From positions 69,906-133,905 of the forward strand of contig JBMFOB010000001.1 in NCBI GenBank assembly GCA_049969855.1: a DNA stretch of 64,000 nt. Reading direction: 5' to 3'. The position numbers and the translations under genes were made by a program. Origin of the DNA: Candidatus Bathyarchaeia archaeon. GTDB taxonomy: Archaea; Thermoproteota; Bathyarchaeia; Bathyarchaeales; Bathycorpusculaceae. Below are positions 36,015-46,646 of this stretch, one piece after another. Every line of letters begins with the position of its first letter. Position 1 is the first letter of the stretch. A model generated the notes under the pieces. That model was not told the DNA's origin and made no database searches. It worked only from the letters and a program-made list of their open reading frames with translations.

Positions 36015-37865
36015 TTGATGCACTTTCATAGAAAATTCGCCGAGAGGATGGGTTTGACGACTGAAAGTTCACTAAGTCATTCTATGGACGAAGCTGTTAA
36101 GCACTATTCCTCACTGTTTAAACTCCCATCCTACAAAAAAGCAGTTCCATTTTTGGCGCTGGTTTGCATAATTGGAGCCATTGCTTTTGCGGTAAGGCTT
36201 TTTCAAGTAGTAGAATGGTTCATTAGCGGTTTATTTCTGGGCGTTTCCGTGTTTTTGATAAATGTAGTTGTTGACTATTTTGCAAGCAGTGTTCTCTTGA
36301 GGCGTGATCCGATTTATGATTTGAGAAGAACTGTGGCGCTTTCCCTTTACTGCTGGATTTTATGGTTCTTTTTTATTTTTGCAGGAGCTGCTGTTGGTAG
36401 TTCATGGTTGGTTAGGTTTTTGCTTTTGGGCTTTTCCGCAGTTGTGATACTTCGTTTAATAGTTTTGAATTCAACGTCCTTCGCCAGTTATAAACGACTT
36501 CTCTTGGCTTCTGTTCTTCAACCATTTTCTTGCATTATCCCATTCATGTTTATCCTTATAGAAGCTGGTTATTCCATCGAGTTTTATAGTATCCCTCTTT
36601 TCTTTGTTTTCTCAGTAATTATAAGCGTAGGCTCGAGCTTCGTCTTCCTTTTCTCATTAAACAGTGTTGGTAAGCGCATGCTGGGTTTTCCTTCCATGGC
36701 CCTCTTTAAGGCTTTTCTGCTTAACTGGATAGCTAACTTAAATGCTCCCTTTGAGGAGTTTCTTGAAAAGTTAGGTGAAAAGCAGATTGTGGAAGTTTCC
36801 TTAATAAAGTTCAACTCTTCTAAACCTAAGGCGTTTATCGTTACGCCTTCAATTCATCCTGGACCTTTCAAAAATATTGGTAGCAGTCTTCTTCCTTCCC
36901 AACTTAAAACTGCGCTTGAGAAGAAATTGAACTGTGTCGTGTGTGTTCCTCATGGATTGTTTGGTCACGAGTTTGATTTGGCTTCGCAAATTCAAAGCCA
37001 AAAAATAGTCGGCAGTGTTGTTGAGAATGCTGATTTTGTGGTTCATGAAGCAAGGGCAACGCCTTTTGTCAAAGTTAACAATGGTTTAGCTACGGTATGT
37101 TGTCAAATATTCGGTCATTGTGCTTTTCTCTCATTTACTCTGGCGCCTAAAACAACTGAAGATTTTCCGCCAGAACTAGGAATGTTTATCCGGCGAGAAG
37201 CCGAAAAGTATGGGATAGACTGTTGTGTTATTGTTAATGCGCATAACAGTATCAATGGTGCAGTGAATATAAAAGAAGCTTTAGACGCCCTAAAAACTGT
37301 TGCAGCCACCTGCCTAGAGAAGACGGTTTCTCAAGAGAGGTTGCCTTTTGAAGTTGGCGCCGCAACTGTCATTCCTAAAGAGTTCAGTCTTAAAGATGGT
37401 ATGGGACCCGGCGGCATCACAGTTGTCGTTGTTAATGTTGGCGCTCAGAAAACTGCTTATGTTGTCATTGACGGAAATAATATGGTTGCTGGATTGCGTG
37501 AAAAAATCCTTTCAGCCCTTCAGTCATTAGGAATTAATGACGGGGAAGTTTTTACAACGGATACGCATTCGGTGAACGCTGTAGTATTAAATAAACGTGG
37601 TTATCACCCCATTGGCGAAGTCATTGACCATGAAAATTTAATTGGTTACATCAAAGAAGCTGCAGTTGCTGCTATGTCTGATCTGGAAAAAGTTAAGGCT
37701 GCATGCCGTCGAATAACAGTTTCTGATGTCACGGTGATAGGAGGAAATTTGCTTGAAAAATTATGTGTTCTAATAGGTAGGACCATTCAAAGGGCAAAGA
37801 AAGTTGTTATTCCAATATTCGCAACCAGCGGGCTTCTTTTGATGTTGTTTTTGCTGTATGTGTGA
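36015..37865 (+). CDS. DUF2070 family membrane protein
   Basis: N-terminal TM bundle, IHPGPF, NAHNS, DGNN, TTDTH. Confidence 0.88.
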   Translation: MMHFHRKFAERMGLTTESSLSHSMDEAVKHYSSLFKLPSYKKAVPFLALVCIIGAIAFAVRLFQVVEWFISGLFLGVSVFLINVVVDYFASSVLLRRDPIYDLRRTVALSLYCWILWFFFIFAGAAVGSSWLVRFLLLGFSAVVILRLIVLNSTSFASYKRLLLASVLQPFSCIIPFMFILIEAGYSIEFYSIPLFFVFSVIISVGSSFVFLFSLNSVGKRMLGFPSMALFKAFLLNWIANLNAPFEEFLEKLGEKQIVEVSLIKFNSSKPKAFIVTPSIHPGPFKNIGSSLLPSQLKTALEKKLNCVVCVPHGLFGHEFDLASQIQSQKIVGSVVENADFVVHEARATPFVKVNNGLATVCCQIFGHCAFLSFTLAPKTTEDFPPELGMFIRREAEKYGIDCCVIVNAHNSINGAVNIKEALDALKTVAATCLEKTVSQERLPFEVGAATVIPKEFSLKDGMGPGGITVVVVNVGAQKTAYVVIDGNNMVAGLREKILSALQSLGINDGEVFTTDTHSVNAVVLNKRGYHPIGEVIDHENLIGYIKEAAVAAMSDLEKVKAACRRITVSDVTVIGGNLLEKLCVLIGRTIQRAKKVVIPIFATSGLLLMLFLLYV

Positions 37866-37922
37866 GCTAACACTAATAAGGATGAACCATTCACCTTTCA
37901 ATTCTAACGGAAGGGAAAATTA

Positions 37923-38480
37923 TTGCTCAAAGAAATTAGGATTCACGGTCGTGGCGGACAAGGCGGTGTCACAGCCGCTGAACTTTTGGCTCACGCAGCT
38001 TTCCTTGAAGGCAAATGGGTTCAAGCTATCCCATATTTTGGGGCAGAACGCCGAGGCGCTCCAGTCAAAGCCTTTGCGAGGATAAGCGATGAACCCATCC
38101 TTGCGCACAGCCAAATTTACAACCCTGACTATGTAATAGTGCTTGACCCAGCAATTTACAAGTTTGTGGACGTAACTGAAGGTTTAAAGAAAAACGGTGT
38201 TATCATCATGAATACAACCAAGAAGCCTGAAGAAACAGGGTTGGAAGGTTGGCGTATTGCCACTGTTGATGCAACTGGAATTGCGCTTGAACTCAACCTG
38301 CTAGTTGCAGGGTTGCCAGTTGTAAACACCGCCATCGTAGGCGCCTTTGCCAAAGCAACTGGTGAAGTCGAATTAGCAAGCGTTTTAAAAGCCATAAAAG
38401 GAACATGGTTAGGTGTTGCCGGCGAGAAAAATGCACGGGCAGCGGAACTAGCCTATGAGCGTTTAATAAAAAGATGGTGA
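37923..38480 (+). CDS. porG: Pyruvate/2-oxoacid:ferredoxin oxidoreductase gamma subunit
   Basis: [17 protein letters not shown]. Confidence 0.9.
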   Translation: MLKEIRIHGRGGQGGVTAAELLAHAAFLEGKWVQAIPYFGAERRGAPVKAFARISDEPILAHSQIYNPDYVIVLDPAIYKFVDVTEGLKKNGVIIMNTTKKPEETGLEGWRIATVDATGIALELNLLVAGLPVVNTAIVGAFAKATGEVELASVLKAIKGTWLGVAGEKNARAAELAYERLIKRW

Positions 38481-38487
38481 GAATCAT

Positions 38488-38772
38488 ATGAAAAGTGTAC
38501 CTAAAACTCGTAAGGAAATGCCTCCTACAGCCTTGTCTTATCCAACAGTTGGCAGCATGGGGAAAACTGGGTCTTGGAGAACGTTTCGTCCAGAAATTGA
38601 CTATTCAAAATGCACGCGATGCACTATTTGCTGGGTTTACTGTCCGGATGCTGCTATAACACGGCAGGAAGATGATTCTCCAAAAATAGACTATGAATAC
38701 TGCAAGGGGTGTGGAATATGCGCTAACGAGTGTCCCGTTAAGGCGATAACAATGCGTAGGGAGGAAGAATAA
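38488..38772 (+). CDS. porD: 2-oxoacid:ferredoxin oxidoreductase delta subunit
   Basis: TGSWR plus two CxxCxxC...CP [4Fe-4S] motifs. Confidence 0.9.
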   Translation: MKSVPKTRKEMPPTALSYPTVGSMGKTGSWRTFRPEIDYSKCTRCTICWVYCPDAAITRQEDDSPKIDYEYCKGCGICANECPVKAITMRREEE

Positions 38773-39951
38773 ATGGCGCAAACGATAATTGATACGGCAA
38801 ATCACATTGCTGGTTACGCTGCCAAGGCAGCTAGAGTAAAGGTTGTTGCCGCCTATCCCATAACTCCTCAAACAACAATTGTTGAAAAGATAGCAGAGTT
38901 TGTTGACCAAGGAGAGATGGACAGCGAATACATTCGTGTAGAATCTGAACATAGCGCCATGGTGGCATGCATCGCCGCAGCCGCAACCGGCGTCAGAACC
39001 TTTACGGCAACATCTGCTCATGGTCTAGCCCTCATGCACGAAGCCTTACATTGGGCTTCTGGTTCACGTTTACCTATCGTAATGGCGGTTGTTAACCGTG
39101 CCATGGGAGCGCCGTGGAGTATATGGCCAGACTTCAGTGATTCTCTTTCTCAGAGGGATACTGGGTGGATTCAGTTTTATTGTGCTGACAACCAAGAAGT
39201 CTTTGACACCATAATTCAGGCTTACAAACTCTGCGAGGATGAAAGAGTCTTCTTGCCGGCCATGATTTGCCTTGAAGGCTTCATCTTATCCCATACATAC
39301 ATGCCGGTGAAAATTCCAGATCAAAAAGGAATCGATGAATTTCTGCCATCATACAAGGCTGGATGGGCGTTAGATGTTAATAATCCCTTTTCTCATGCAA
39401 ATCTTGTTTCGCCAGATTGGTATATGGAGTTTCGTTACATGATTCAAGAAGCCATGGAAAACGCTAAGCGGTTAATTCCGCAAATTGATAAGGAATATGG
39501 AAAACGCTTCGGCTTTGAATACGGCGGGCTTGTTGAAAAATACAAGTGCGAAGACGCAGACCTAATACTGTTGACGATGGGGACAATGGGTAGTGACGCT
39601 AAAATAGCGGTAAACAACTTGCGAAAAAACGGAGTAAAAGTAGGGTCGGCAAGAGTTAGAGTTTACCGTCCATTTCCAGTTGAAGAAATAAGAAAACTTG
39701 CCGCTCAAGCAAAAATGCTTGCAACGATAGATCGCCACATATCTTTTGGAATGGAAGGTTTTCTAGCCACAGACGTTAAGGCTTCTCTTGCTTGTGAAAA
39801 AGAACATCCTTTGGTTGCCGGGTTTATTGCGGGTTTAGGAGGGAGAGATGTGTCAGCTGGAACTATTGAGAAAATTGCTAAAAAATCGTTAAAGTGGATG
39901 CAGATTGGTAGGGTTGAAAAGGAAACAGAATGGGTTGATTTGAGGGAGTGA
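38773..39951 (+). CDS. porA: 2-oxoacid:ferredoxin oxidoreductase alpha subunit
   Basis: YPITPQT, ESEHSA, RPFP, GLGGRD. Confidence 0.92.
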   Translation: MAQTIIDTANHIAGYAAKAARVKVVAAYPITPQTTIVEKIAEFVDQGEMDSEYIRVESEHSAMVACIAAAATGVRTFTATSAHGLALMHEALHWASGSRLPIVMAVVNRAMGAPWSIWPDFSDSLSQRDTGWIQFYCADNQEVFDTIIQAYKLCEDERVFLPAMICLEGFILSHTYMPVKIPDQKGIDEFLPSYKAGWALDVNNPFSHANLVSPDWYMEFRYMIQEAMENAKRLIPQIDKEYGKRFGFEYGGLVEKYKCEDADLILLTMGTMGSDAKIAVNNLRKNGVKVGSARVRVYRPFPVEEIRKLAAQAKMLATIDRHISFGMEGFLATDVKASLACEKEHPLVAGFIAGLGGRDVSAGTIEKIAKKSLKWMQIGRVEKETEWVDLRE

Positions 39952-39958
39952 AAAAGGA

Positions 39959-40885
39959 ATGGTAACAATAAAAGAACTTCCGAAAGAAGAATATTTGCTT
40001 AAAGGTCATGCTGCCTGTGCTGGTTGCGGTTCCTCTATTGCTTTGCGGTTGCTTTTTAAAGCCTTAGGAAACAAAGTAATCCTAATTGTTCCAGCATGCT
40101 GCACCACCGTTATTCAGGGACCGTACCCGTACACTTCTTCTGCTGTTCCGCTTCTGAATATACTGTTTGAATCTACCGCTGCGGCAGCTTCTGGGATAGT
40201 TGCTGCTTTGCGCCAAAGAAAAATAGAAGATATAACTGTTGTTGGTTGGGCTGGTGACGGTGGAACTGTTGACATAGGAATTCAAGCTTTATCCGGAGCC
40301 GCGGAAAGAGAAACCAACTTCATCTATATTTGCTATGACAATGAAGCCTATGGCAATACTGGAATGCAGCGGAGCGGAGCAACCCCCTACGGCGCATGGA
40401 CCACCACCACACCATCTGGAAAGAAAGAGCGAAAGAAGGATATGCCTCTAATCATGGCTGCCCATCGAATACCTTACGTTGCAACAGCCTGTCCATCATA
40501 TCCCATAGACCTAATAACCAAGCTTAGAAAGGCTAAGGAAATCAAAGGCACAAAATACATTCACATTTTAGCGCCATGCCCAACTGGATGGCGTTATGAC
40601 AATAGCAAAACTGTTGAGTTGGGGCGGCTGGCGGTGCAGACTGGTTTGTGGGCACTTTATGAAATTGAGTATGGAAAGTTTAAACTTAATCCTCCATGCG
40701 ACCGCCTGATTGAGAAGGCTAAGCGTAAACCTATCAAGGAATATTTTGCTTTGCAGGGTAGATTCCGCAGTTTAACCGACGAAGACATTGAAAGAATCCA
40801 GAGATGGGTGGATGAAGATTGGGAGCAGTACAGCAAACTAGCTTCAGATTGTGTGTCTGGGGCTTTACTGCACGGAAAAATATAA
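39959..40885 (+). CDS. porB: 2-oxoacid:ferredoxin oxidoreductase beta subunit
   Basis: ACAGCG, GDG...YDNEAYGNTG TPP motif, PCPTGW; POR vs VOR specificity not resolved. Confidence 0.9.
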   Translation: MVTIKELPKEEYLLKGHAACAGCGSSIALRLLFKALGNKVILIVPACCTTVIQGPYPYTSSAVPLLNILFESTAAAASGIVAALRQRKIEDITVVGWAGDGGTVDIGIQALSGAAERETNFIYICYDNEAYGNTGMQRSGATPYGAWTTTTPSGKKERKKDMPLIMAAHRIPYVATACPSYPIDLITKLRKAKEIKGTKYIHILAPCPTGWRYDNSKTVELGRLAVQTGLWALYEIEYGKFKLNPPCDRLIEKAKRKPIKEYFALQGRFRSLTDEDIERIQRWVDEDWEQYSKLASDCVSGALLHGKI

Positions 40886-40954
40886 GAAGCTCAAAGTTAA
40901 TGATATAGTCTGCTTGCTACCGTTTCACAACAACAATAAGAAGGAGGCAATGTA

Positions 40955-41311
40955 TTGGCGGAAGAGAAACAGAAAAAGGAAAGCGCAGAGAAACCAGCGA
41001 AAGCTGCACGAACTCCAAGAACCACACAGACCGCACAAAGCAACGAAAACATCGTGTTGATAGGCAAAAAACCAGTGATGAATTACGTAGTTGCCTGCCT
41101 CACATTCTTTAATTCTGGTTCAAAGAAAGTTGTTGTCAAAGCCAGAGGGCGGGCAATCAGCAGAGCCGTTGACACTGTTGAATTGTTAAGGCGGGCTTTC
41201 TTAAAAGATGTACAATTGCAAGGCATCAATATCAGCACAGAGGAAGTTACTAGAAGCGAAGGACAAAAAGCAAATGTTTCAGCTGTCGAAATTACATTAG
41301 CTAGGCCATAG
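40955..41311 (+). CDS. albA: Chromatin protein Alba with N-terminal extension
   Basis: IGKKPVMNYV, KARGRAISRAVD; GGAGG RBS 7 nt before TTG. Confidence 0.93.
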   Translation: MAEEKQKKESAEKPAKAARTPRTTQTAQSNENIVLIGKKPVMNYVVACLTFFNSGSKKVVVKARGRAISRAVDTVELLRRAFLKDVQLQGINISTEEVTRSEGQKANVSAVEITLARP

Positions 41312-41456
41312 TGCGCTTTTAAAAGCTTTACAGCCAAAGTTGCAGACAACACGTTACTGTAGATTATTAATTTTTTCCATGAAATTTTGTAGCGGAGCAT
41401 CGGTAATTATATAAAACTGTCTTTCAAAATCCTTAATCCTAAGTAGGTGATATGCT

Positions 41457-42794
41457 ATGAGCATTTATCCAAAAATCGTTGTTACTCCACCTGGACCAAA
41501 AGCAAGAGAACTAGTTAAAAAAGATGAAAGCCTAATATCCCCATCTTATGTGCGATTTTATCCGCTTGTGATTGAGTCTGGAAAAGGGTGTATAATAAGG
41601 GATATAGATGGGAACGAATACATAGATTTTAACTCGGGTTTGGTATGCTTAAACGTTGGCCACAACCATCCTAAGGTTATTGCAGCAATAAAGAATCAGT
41701 GCGACCGATTCTTGCATTATTCTAACACGGACTTTTACTATCGTGAGGTTGTTGACCTTGCCGAAAGGCTTTCGGGGATTGCGCCTGGAAATTTTGATAA
41801 GAAGATATACTTTGGTAATAGTGGGACTGAAGCTATTGAGGCAGCAATTAAACTTGCAAAGTGGCACACGCGCAAACAACTGTTTATTGGTTTTATTGGT
41901 GCTTTTCATGGGCGTACGATAGGGGCTTTATCTTTTACGGCTAGTAAACCCACCCAGAGGCGTTTCTTCTCTCCGTTAATGCCAGGTGTCACGCATGTTC
42001 CATATCCATACTGTTACCGTTGTCCCTTCAAACTGAATTATCCCGAATGTCATTACTGGTGTGTGGATTTCATTGATGAGTTGGTTCTACAGAAGTATAT
42101 GCCTTCGGAGGATGTTGCTGCCATACTTTTTGAACCAATTCAAGGAGAGGGCGGGTATGTTGTTGCTCCGCCTGAATATTTCCAACGTTTAAAGAAACTT
42201 GCTGACAAATATGGCATATTGCTTATAGACGATGAGGTTCAGTCTGGCATTGGCAGAACTGGAAAATGGTTCGCCATCGAACATTGGAACGTTGAACCCG
42301 ACATAATATGCAGCGCAAAGGCATTGGCTTCTGGGCTACCATTAGGAGCAACTATTGCAAAAGCAAAAATTATGGACTGGGTTGGCGGTTCGCACGCAAG
42401 CACTTTTGGTGGTAACCCACTTTCATGTGTCGCAGCGAATGCAGTGATTGACGTTATTAAAGAGGAGAGGCTTCTGGAAAATGCAAACAAGCAAGGCGCT
42501 TACATATTGAAGAGGGCTGAGGAAATGAAAGAGCAAAGTCGAATAGTTGGCGATGTGAGGGGCAAGGGCTTGATGATAGGAATGGAAATTGTTGAGGATA
42601 AGGAAAGCAAAAAGCCTGCACCTGCAAAAGCGACAGAGATTATGATGCGTTCTTGGAAACGCGGAGTTGCCGTTATCACTTGCGGAGTTTCAACCATCAG
42701 GATTGCGCCGCCCCTTAACATCACAAGAGACCTTGTAGACGCTGCAATGGAAATAATTGAAGATGTTGCCAGAGAAGTTGAAAAGGAAGCCTAA
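41457..42794 (+). CDS. Class III PLP aminotransferase (ornithine/GABA-type)
   Basis: SGTEA, FHGRT, EPIQGEGG, DEVQSGIGRTG, AKAL. Confidence 0.9.
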   Translation: MSIYPKIVVTPPGPKARELVKKDESLISPSYVRFYPLVIESGKGCIIRDIDGNEYIDFNSGLVCLNVGHNHPKVIAAIKNQCDRFLHYSNTDFYYREVVDLAERLSGIAPGNFDKKIYFGNSGTEAIEAAIKLAKWHTRKQLFIGFIGAFHGRTIGALSFTASKPTQRRFFSPLMPGVTHVPYPYCYRCPFKLNYPECHYWCVDFIDELVLQKYMPSEDVAAILFEPIQGEGGYVVAPPEYFQRLKKLADKYGILLIDDEVQSGIGRTGKWFAIEHWNVEPDIICSAKALASGLPLGATIAKAKIMDWVGGSHASTFGGNPLSCVAANAVIDVIKEERLLENANKQGAYILKRAEEMKEQSRIVGDVRGKGLMIGMEIVEDKESKKPAPAKATEIMMRSWKRGVAVITCGVSTIRIAPPLNITRDLVDAAMEIIEDVAREVEKEA

Positions 42795-42812
42795 ACATCA
42801 GCGCGTGTTTGT

Positions 42813-43241
42813 ATGGAGATTCGCAACCTAAGGATAAAAGATTACGAAGACATGGTTAAACTCTGGTCTAGGGCAAAACTACCCTTCAAACCCAATGGAA
42901 GAGACAGCAAAGAAGCAATCGAGGCACAAATGAAGGAAAATCCAGAATTTTTTCTCGGAGCTTTTGAAGGTAGCCGTCTTATCGGCGTTGTTATTATAAG
43001 TTGTGACATGCGGAAGGGTTGGATAAACCGTTTAGCCGTTGACCCAGAATATAGGCTTCGCGGCGTTGCCCAAGCCTTGATTGCCGAATCTGAGAAAATA
43101 CTAAGAAAACACGGAATCAAAATTTTCTGCGCTTTAATCGAAGATTATAATGTTGCGTCAAAGAAGCTCTTTAAGAAACTTGGCTATGTGGAACACCGTG
43201 ACATAATATACTTTAGTAAAAGAGAAAACGAAGAGGTCTAA
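42813..43241 (+). CDS. GNAT N-acetyltransferase
   Basis: LAVDPEYRLRGVA, N..S..LFKKLGY. Confidence 0.9.
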   Translation: MEIRNLRIKDYEDMVKLWSRAKLPFKPNGRDSKEAIEAQMKENPEFFLGAFEGSRLIGVVIISCDMRKGWINRLAVDPEYRLRGVAQALIAESEKILRKHGIKIFCALIEDYNVASKKLFKKLGYVEHRDIIYFSKRENEEV

Positions 43242-43256
43242 ACGTATTTTCCAAAG

Positions 43257-44555
43257 TTAAGCCGCTCTTTCTTCTGGTTTAGGTTCATGCACGCCAAATA
43301 TAATCAACGCTGCAGATGGGATGGCGAGGATTGCCATGAGGATGAATGGGAGCATTGGAGACACCGAATCATATAACACTCCGCCCATTGCTCCGCCAAC
43401 CGCCATGAATATGTAAGCGAAAAAGTTTATTGAACCAGTGACTTTTCCGCGCAGGTTCTGTGGTACAAAGTCAGCGAACATTGCTTGGTAAGATGAAAAA
43501 CCGAGAAGCATTGAGAATCCGATTAGAGGCATTGTTATGAAGAGGGTTAAGTAGTTTCCGAAAATGAAAAGTAAGACAGCGGGAATCGTCAAAAAGCTGG
43601 AAATAATTAAAGGAATTTTTCTGCCAACTTTATCGATGAGTTTTCCGACTGGGAAGGATAAAATTATGTTGCAGATGAATAGTGCAATCATGACGTATCC
43701 CCACATGATGCGTGCTTGTTGAAGGGCAGGGTCATTTTCTGGGCGGTAGATGTTTGGGTTTGGTGTTCCTCCTATTTTGAGCACGTAAAAAGCGTAGACT
43801 AAGAAAAGAACTTGAGACATGGCGAATGAAAAGCGCGTAATCAGTTCTGAAAGAAACACAAAAAACATGGACCGCGGCACAGCTTTCCATACAGTTATTC
43901 CTTCTTTCAAAGCTTTAGGATAAGCACGAAGGGCTTCTTTGAAGTTTATCTTTTCAGGGTTTGCAATGCTTTCTTTAAGCTTTAAACGAACAATTGCCGC
44001 CACAAAATAAAATGTTACAACGATAGCGTAGGCTATTCTCATACCCATTATAGAGCCGTAGGTGGCTACAAGAAAAAGAGCTATTGCTGGCCCAGGCGTT
44101 GTGGATACGCTCATTATCAAGTTAAGTATGGAGAATCCCATTCCTCGCTTTTCAGGGGGCACAGAATCAGCCATCATAGCATTTAATGCTGGTTGATAAA
44201 GCAAGCAAAGATTTTGTATTGCTGCTCCAATCAAAATGAACTCCCAACTTGGAGCCACCATATAGAAGATAAAGGAAAGCGCCACTCCGAAGGTTAAACT
44301 TGAAACAAGCCATCGTCTTCCATACTTATCCGCCAAATACCCTCCCAAAAATTGAACCGAAGCTAAGGCGAGAAGCGAAATCAGCATAATAATGCCTAAG
44401 ATTGTTGCGTTTCCGCCGAGTTGTATAACATAGTCTGAATAGTATGTTCCTGGTATTTCATTCACAAAATCCATAAGAATCCAACTTATGATAAGTATAA
44501 GATAGTTTCCACTAAAGAACGAGAACTCTCTCTTCAGCCTTTCAATAAATTCCAA
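43257..44555 (-). CDS. MFS transporter
   Basis: GYLADKYGRR and GKLIDKVGRK motifs; ~12 TM. Confidence 0.92.
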   Translation of the reverse strand: MEFIERLKREFSFFSGNYLILIISWILMDFVNEIPGTYYSDYVIQLGGNATILGIIMLISLLALASVQFLGGYLADKYGRRWLVSSLTFGVALSFIFYMVAPSWEFILIGAAIQNLCLLYQPALNAMMADSVPPEKRGMGFSILNLIMSVSTTPGPAIALFLVATYGSIMGMRIAYAIVVTFYFVAAIVRLKLKESIANPEKINFKEALRAYPKALKEGITVWKAVPRSMFFVFLSELITRFSFAMSQVLFLVYAFYVLKIGGTPNPNIYRPENDPALQQARIMWGYVMIALFICNIILSFPVGKLIDKVGRKIPLIISSFLTIPAVLLFIFGNYLTLFITMPLIGFSMLLGFSSYQAMFADFVPQNLRGKVTGSINFFAYIFMAVGGAMGGVLYDSVSPMLPFILMAILAIPSAALIIFGVHEPKPEERAA

Positions 44556-44643
44556 CGGTTTTAACTCATCCTTTTAGAATGGTTTTTCTTTTAAACAGCA
44601 TTTAATAAACATTGTTAAAATAACTTCTCTTTTCAGCTAATTG

Positions 44644-45218
44644 TTAGAAACCATGAGGCTTTGCTATAATTTCTTTTATCTTTAAATCAAAGAATCTTGC
44701 AGCATTTGCTGGCTGTATTCTGAGCGCTGTATCTGCACCGCTTCCTGTTCCGGCAATGGCAACAACATCCTTATCAACTGGAATTAGACCTGCGTCTGCC
44801 GCCATTATGGTGATTTCTACGCACACTTTTGTTCCTTCTCCCATTAGCCTAAGCACATTGGCTATAAGCTCTAAAGGTTGAATTGTTCCAAAGTCTTTGC
44901 GGATTGCCCGTTCAGCACTACTTAATGCGTGGGTTCCCGTGAAAATTTTCGCTCGATTTTTCAAAATCTCTTTTCTATACTCTTCTTGTAATTCGGTTTT
45001 TCCCGTTTCTTTAAAACCGAAGCAGTGTGTAACTACAACTACGTTGTAGCCTTTGAAGGTTTTAGAGGCTTTCGCTCCAGTTTTCCGGTGGTTGAAGCAA
45101 CCACTATGTCTTTTATTTCCTCTTTCTTTGCATATTTTTTAACAAATTCTAATAGTTTGTCAGTATTCTGTGCGCCTGGTTTGCTGAAATAAAGTGTTTT
45201 CTTTTCAGTCGCATTCAT
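44644..45218 (-). pseudogene. Pyruvate kinase C-terminal-like (MTH1675-type) protein, -1 nt frameshift near 45081-45084
   Basis: YFSKPGAQNT...IVVASTTG, then a shifted frame gives TGAKA...VVTHCFGF...EITIMAADAG. May be a sequencing error. Confidence 0.75.
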
Positions 45219-45314
45219 GGGCTATGCCTCGCATCGCATATATTGTGAGTAATTAACTTTTATTAATTGTTATTAACAAACTTGCATAACACACAAAAGA
45301 AAGAGGATAATTTT

Positions 45315-45871
45315 ATGAATGAAACCATAAAGATAATAAAAAGCAGAAGAAGCATAAGACTGTTCAAAGCAGAACAAATACGTGATTCAGAACTGCAAGA
45401 AATTTTGGAATGTGCTTTGCTTGCGCCTAACGCTCGGAATCAGCAGAAATGGCATTTCACCGTGATCCAAAATAGAGATGTGCTTAATAGGATGGTTAAC
45501 CTTTTGAAGGAGAACATGATAAATTCTGGAATAGAATTTTTGGCGGAGAGAGCAAAAACTTCAGATTTTAATCCATTTGGAAATGCTCCAACCGTCATTT
45601 TGGTTACGGCGGATAAAACAGCCCGTTTTGTTGAAATTGATGCGCTTTAGCCGCAGAAAACATCTTAATAGCAGCCGAATCGTTAGGCATAGGTTCGCAC
45701 ATGATGACCTCCACGGAACTGCTCTTCACATCAGAAGAAGGCATGGAACTGAAAAAGGAGTTAGGAGTTCCAGAAGGATACGAACACGTTTGCACAATAG
45801 CATTAGGATACAAAGACGAAAGCCCACCCGCAAAACCAAGAAGAAAAGATGTGGTAAATTACGTAAAATAA
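45315..45871 (+). pseudogene. Nitroreductase family protein, -1 nt frameshift near 45641
   Basis: RRSIR, APNARNQQKW; one extra T restores EID-C-ALAAENILIAAESLGIG...ALGY. May be a sequencing error. Confidence 0.78.
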
Positions 45872-45877
45872 GTTTAT

Positions 45878-46620
45878 TTAAAATAATATTTCGTGCGGAA
45901 TTTTTTCTTTTGTGAGAGCTTCAGAAATTTCTATTTTCTTCTGTTTAAAGAATTCATCCTTTATGGCATATTCTAACCCGTACTTTTTGTATACCCAATC
46001 TGCGTAGTTGTAATTCATCCTGTCGACTAGCACATAATCCGTTTTTCCAACAATTTCTTTAACCAAGCCTTCAGCCTTTGGCAATAAAGGAGCAATCATC
46101 ACGCTGGTTTTTATGCCAGCAGAATGCAGCTTCTCTAGAGTTTCTACACGTTCTTTAACTGATGGTGCTTTTGGTTCGAAAATTTGCTTAATCTTCTCGT
46201 CAGCGGTGGTGATGGTGAACGTTACTTCATGTTTCTGTGATTCTGTAAAAACTCTACATCTCGCAATATGAGGGTGGATTTGGTTTGTATGGTTACAGGC
46301 CAGTTCTTTTTTAGCAGAATTTCAAGGCAGCTTCTAGTTATTTCATATTTTCTTTCTAATGGTTGGTAAGGGTCGCATAATCCGCTAATCCAGACTCTTC
46401 CAACTTTTTTCTTGTTCACTTCGCGCTGGAGTAAGGTTGGAGCATTAAGTTTTACGTCAACGAATTCTCCCCATTTTTCCTTGTGGTGAGTGAACCTTTT
46501 AATGAAGCGGGCATAGCAGTAAGTGCAACCGTGCTCACAACCAACATAAGGATTAATTGTATAATCAAGAACTTTTGATTCTGATAAGATGCTTTTCGCA
46601 TAAATCTCTTTAATAATCAT
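45878..46620 (-). pseudogene. SPL-like radical SAM protein, -1 nt frameshift near 46240
   Basis: NPYVGCEHGCTYCYA, DPYQPLE, TKS; a shifted frame continues TITTADE...FEPKAPSVKER into ORF 45878..46102. Confidence 0.78.
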
Positions 46621-46646
46621 AAGTTTCCTTTTGCGTATGATTTGTT

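Noticed and set aside
44644-46620. Programmed ribosomal frameshifting in the three broken genes
   Set aside because: No shared slippery heptamer or stimulatory structure; these families are normally continuous.
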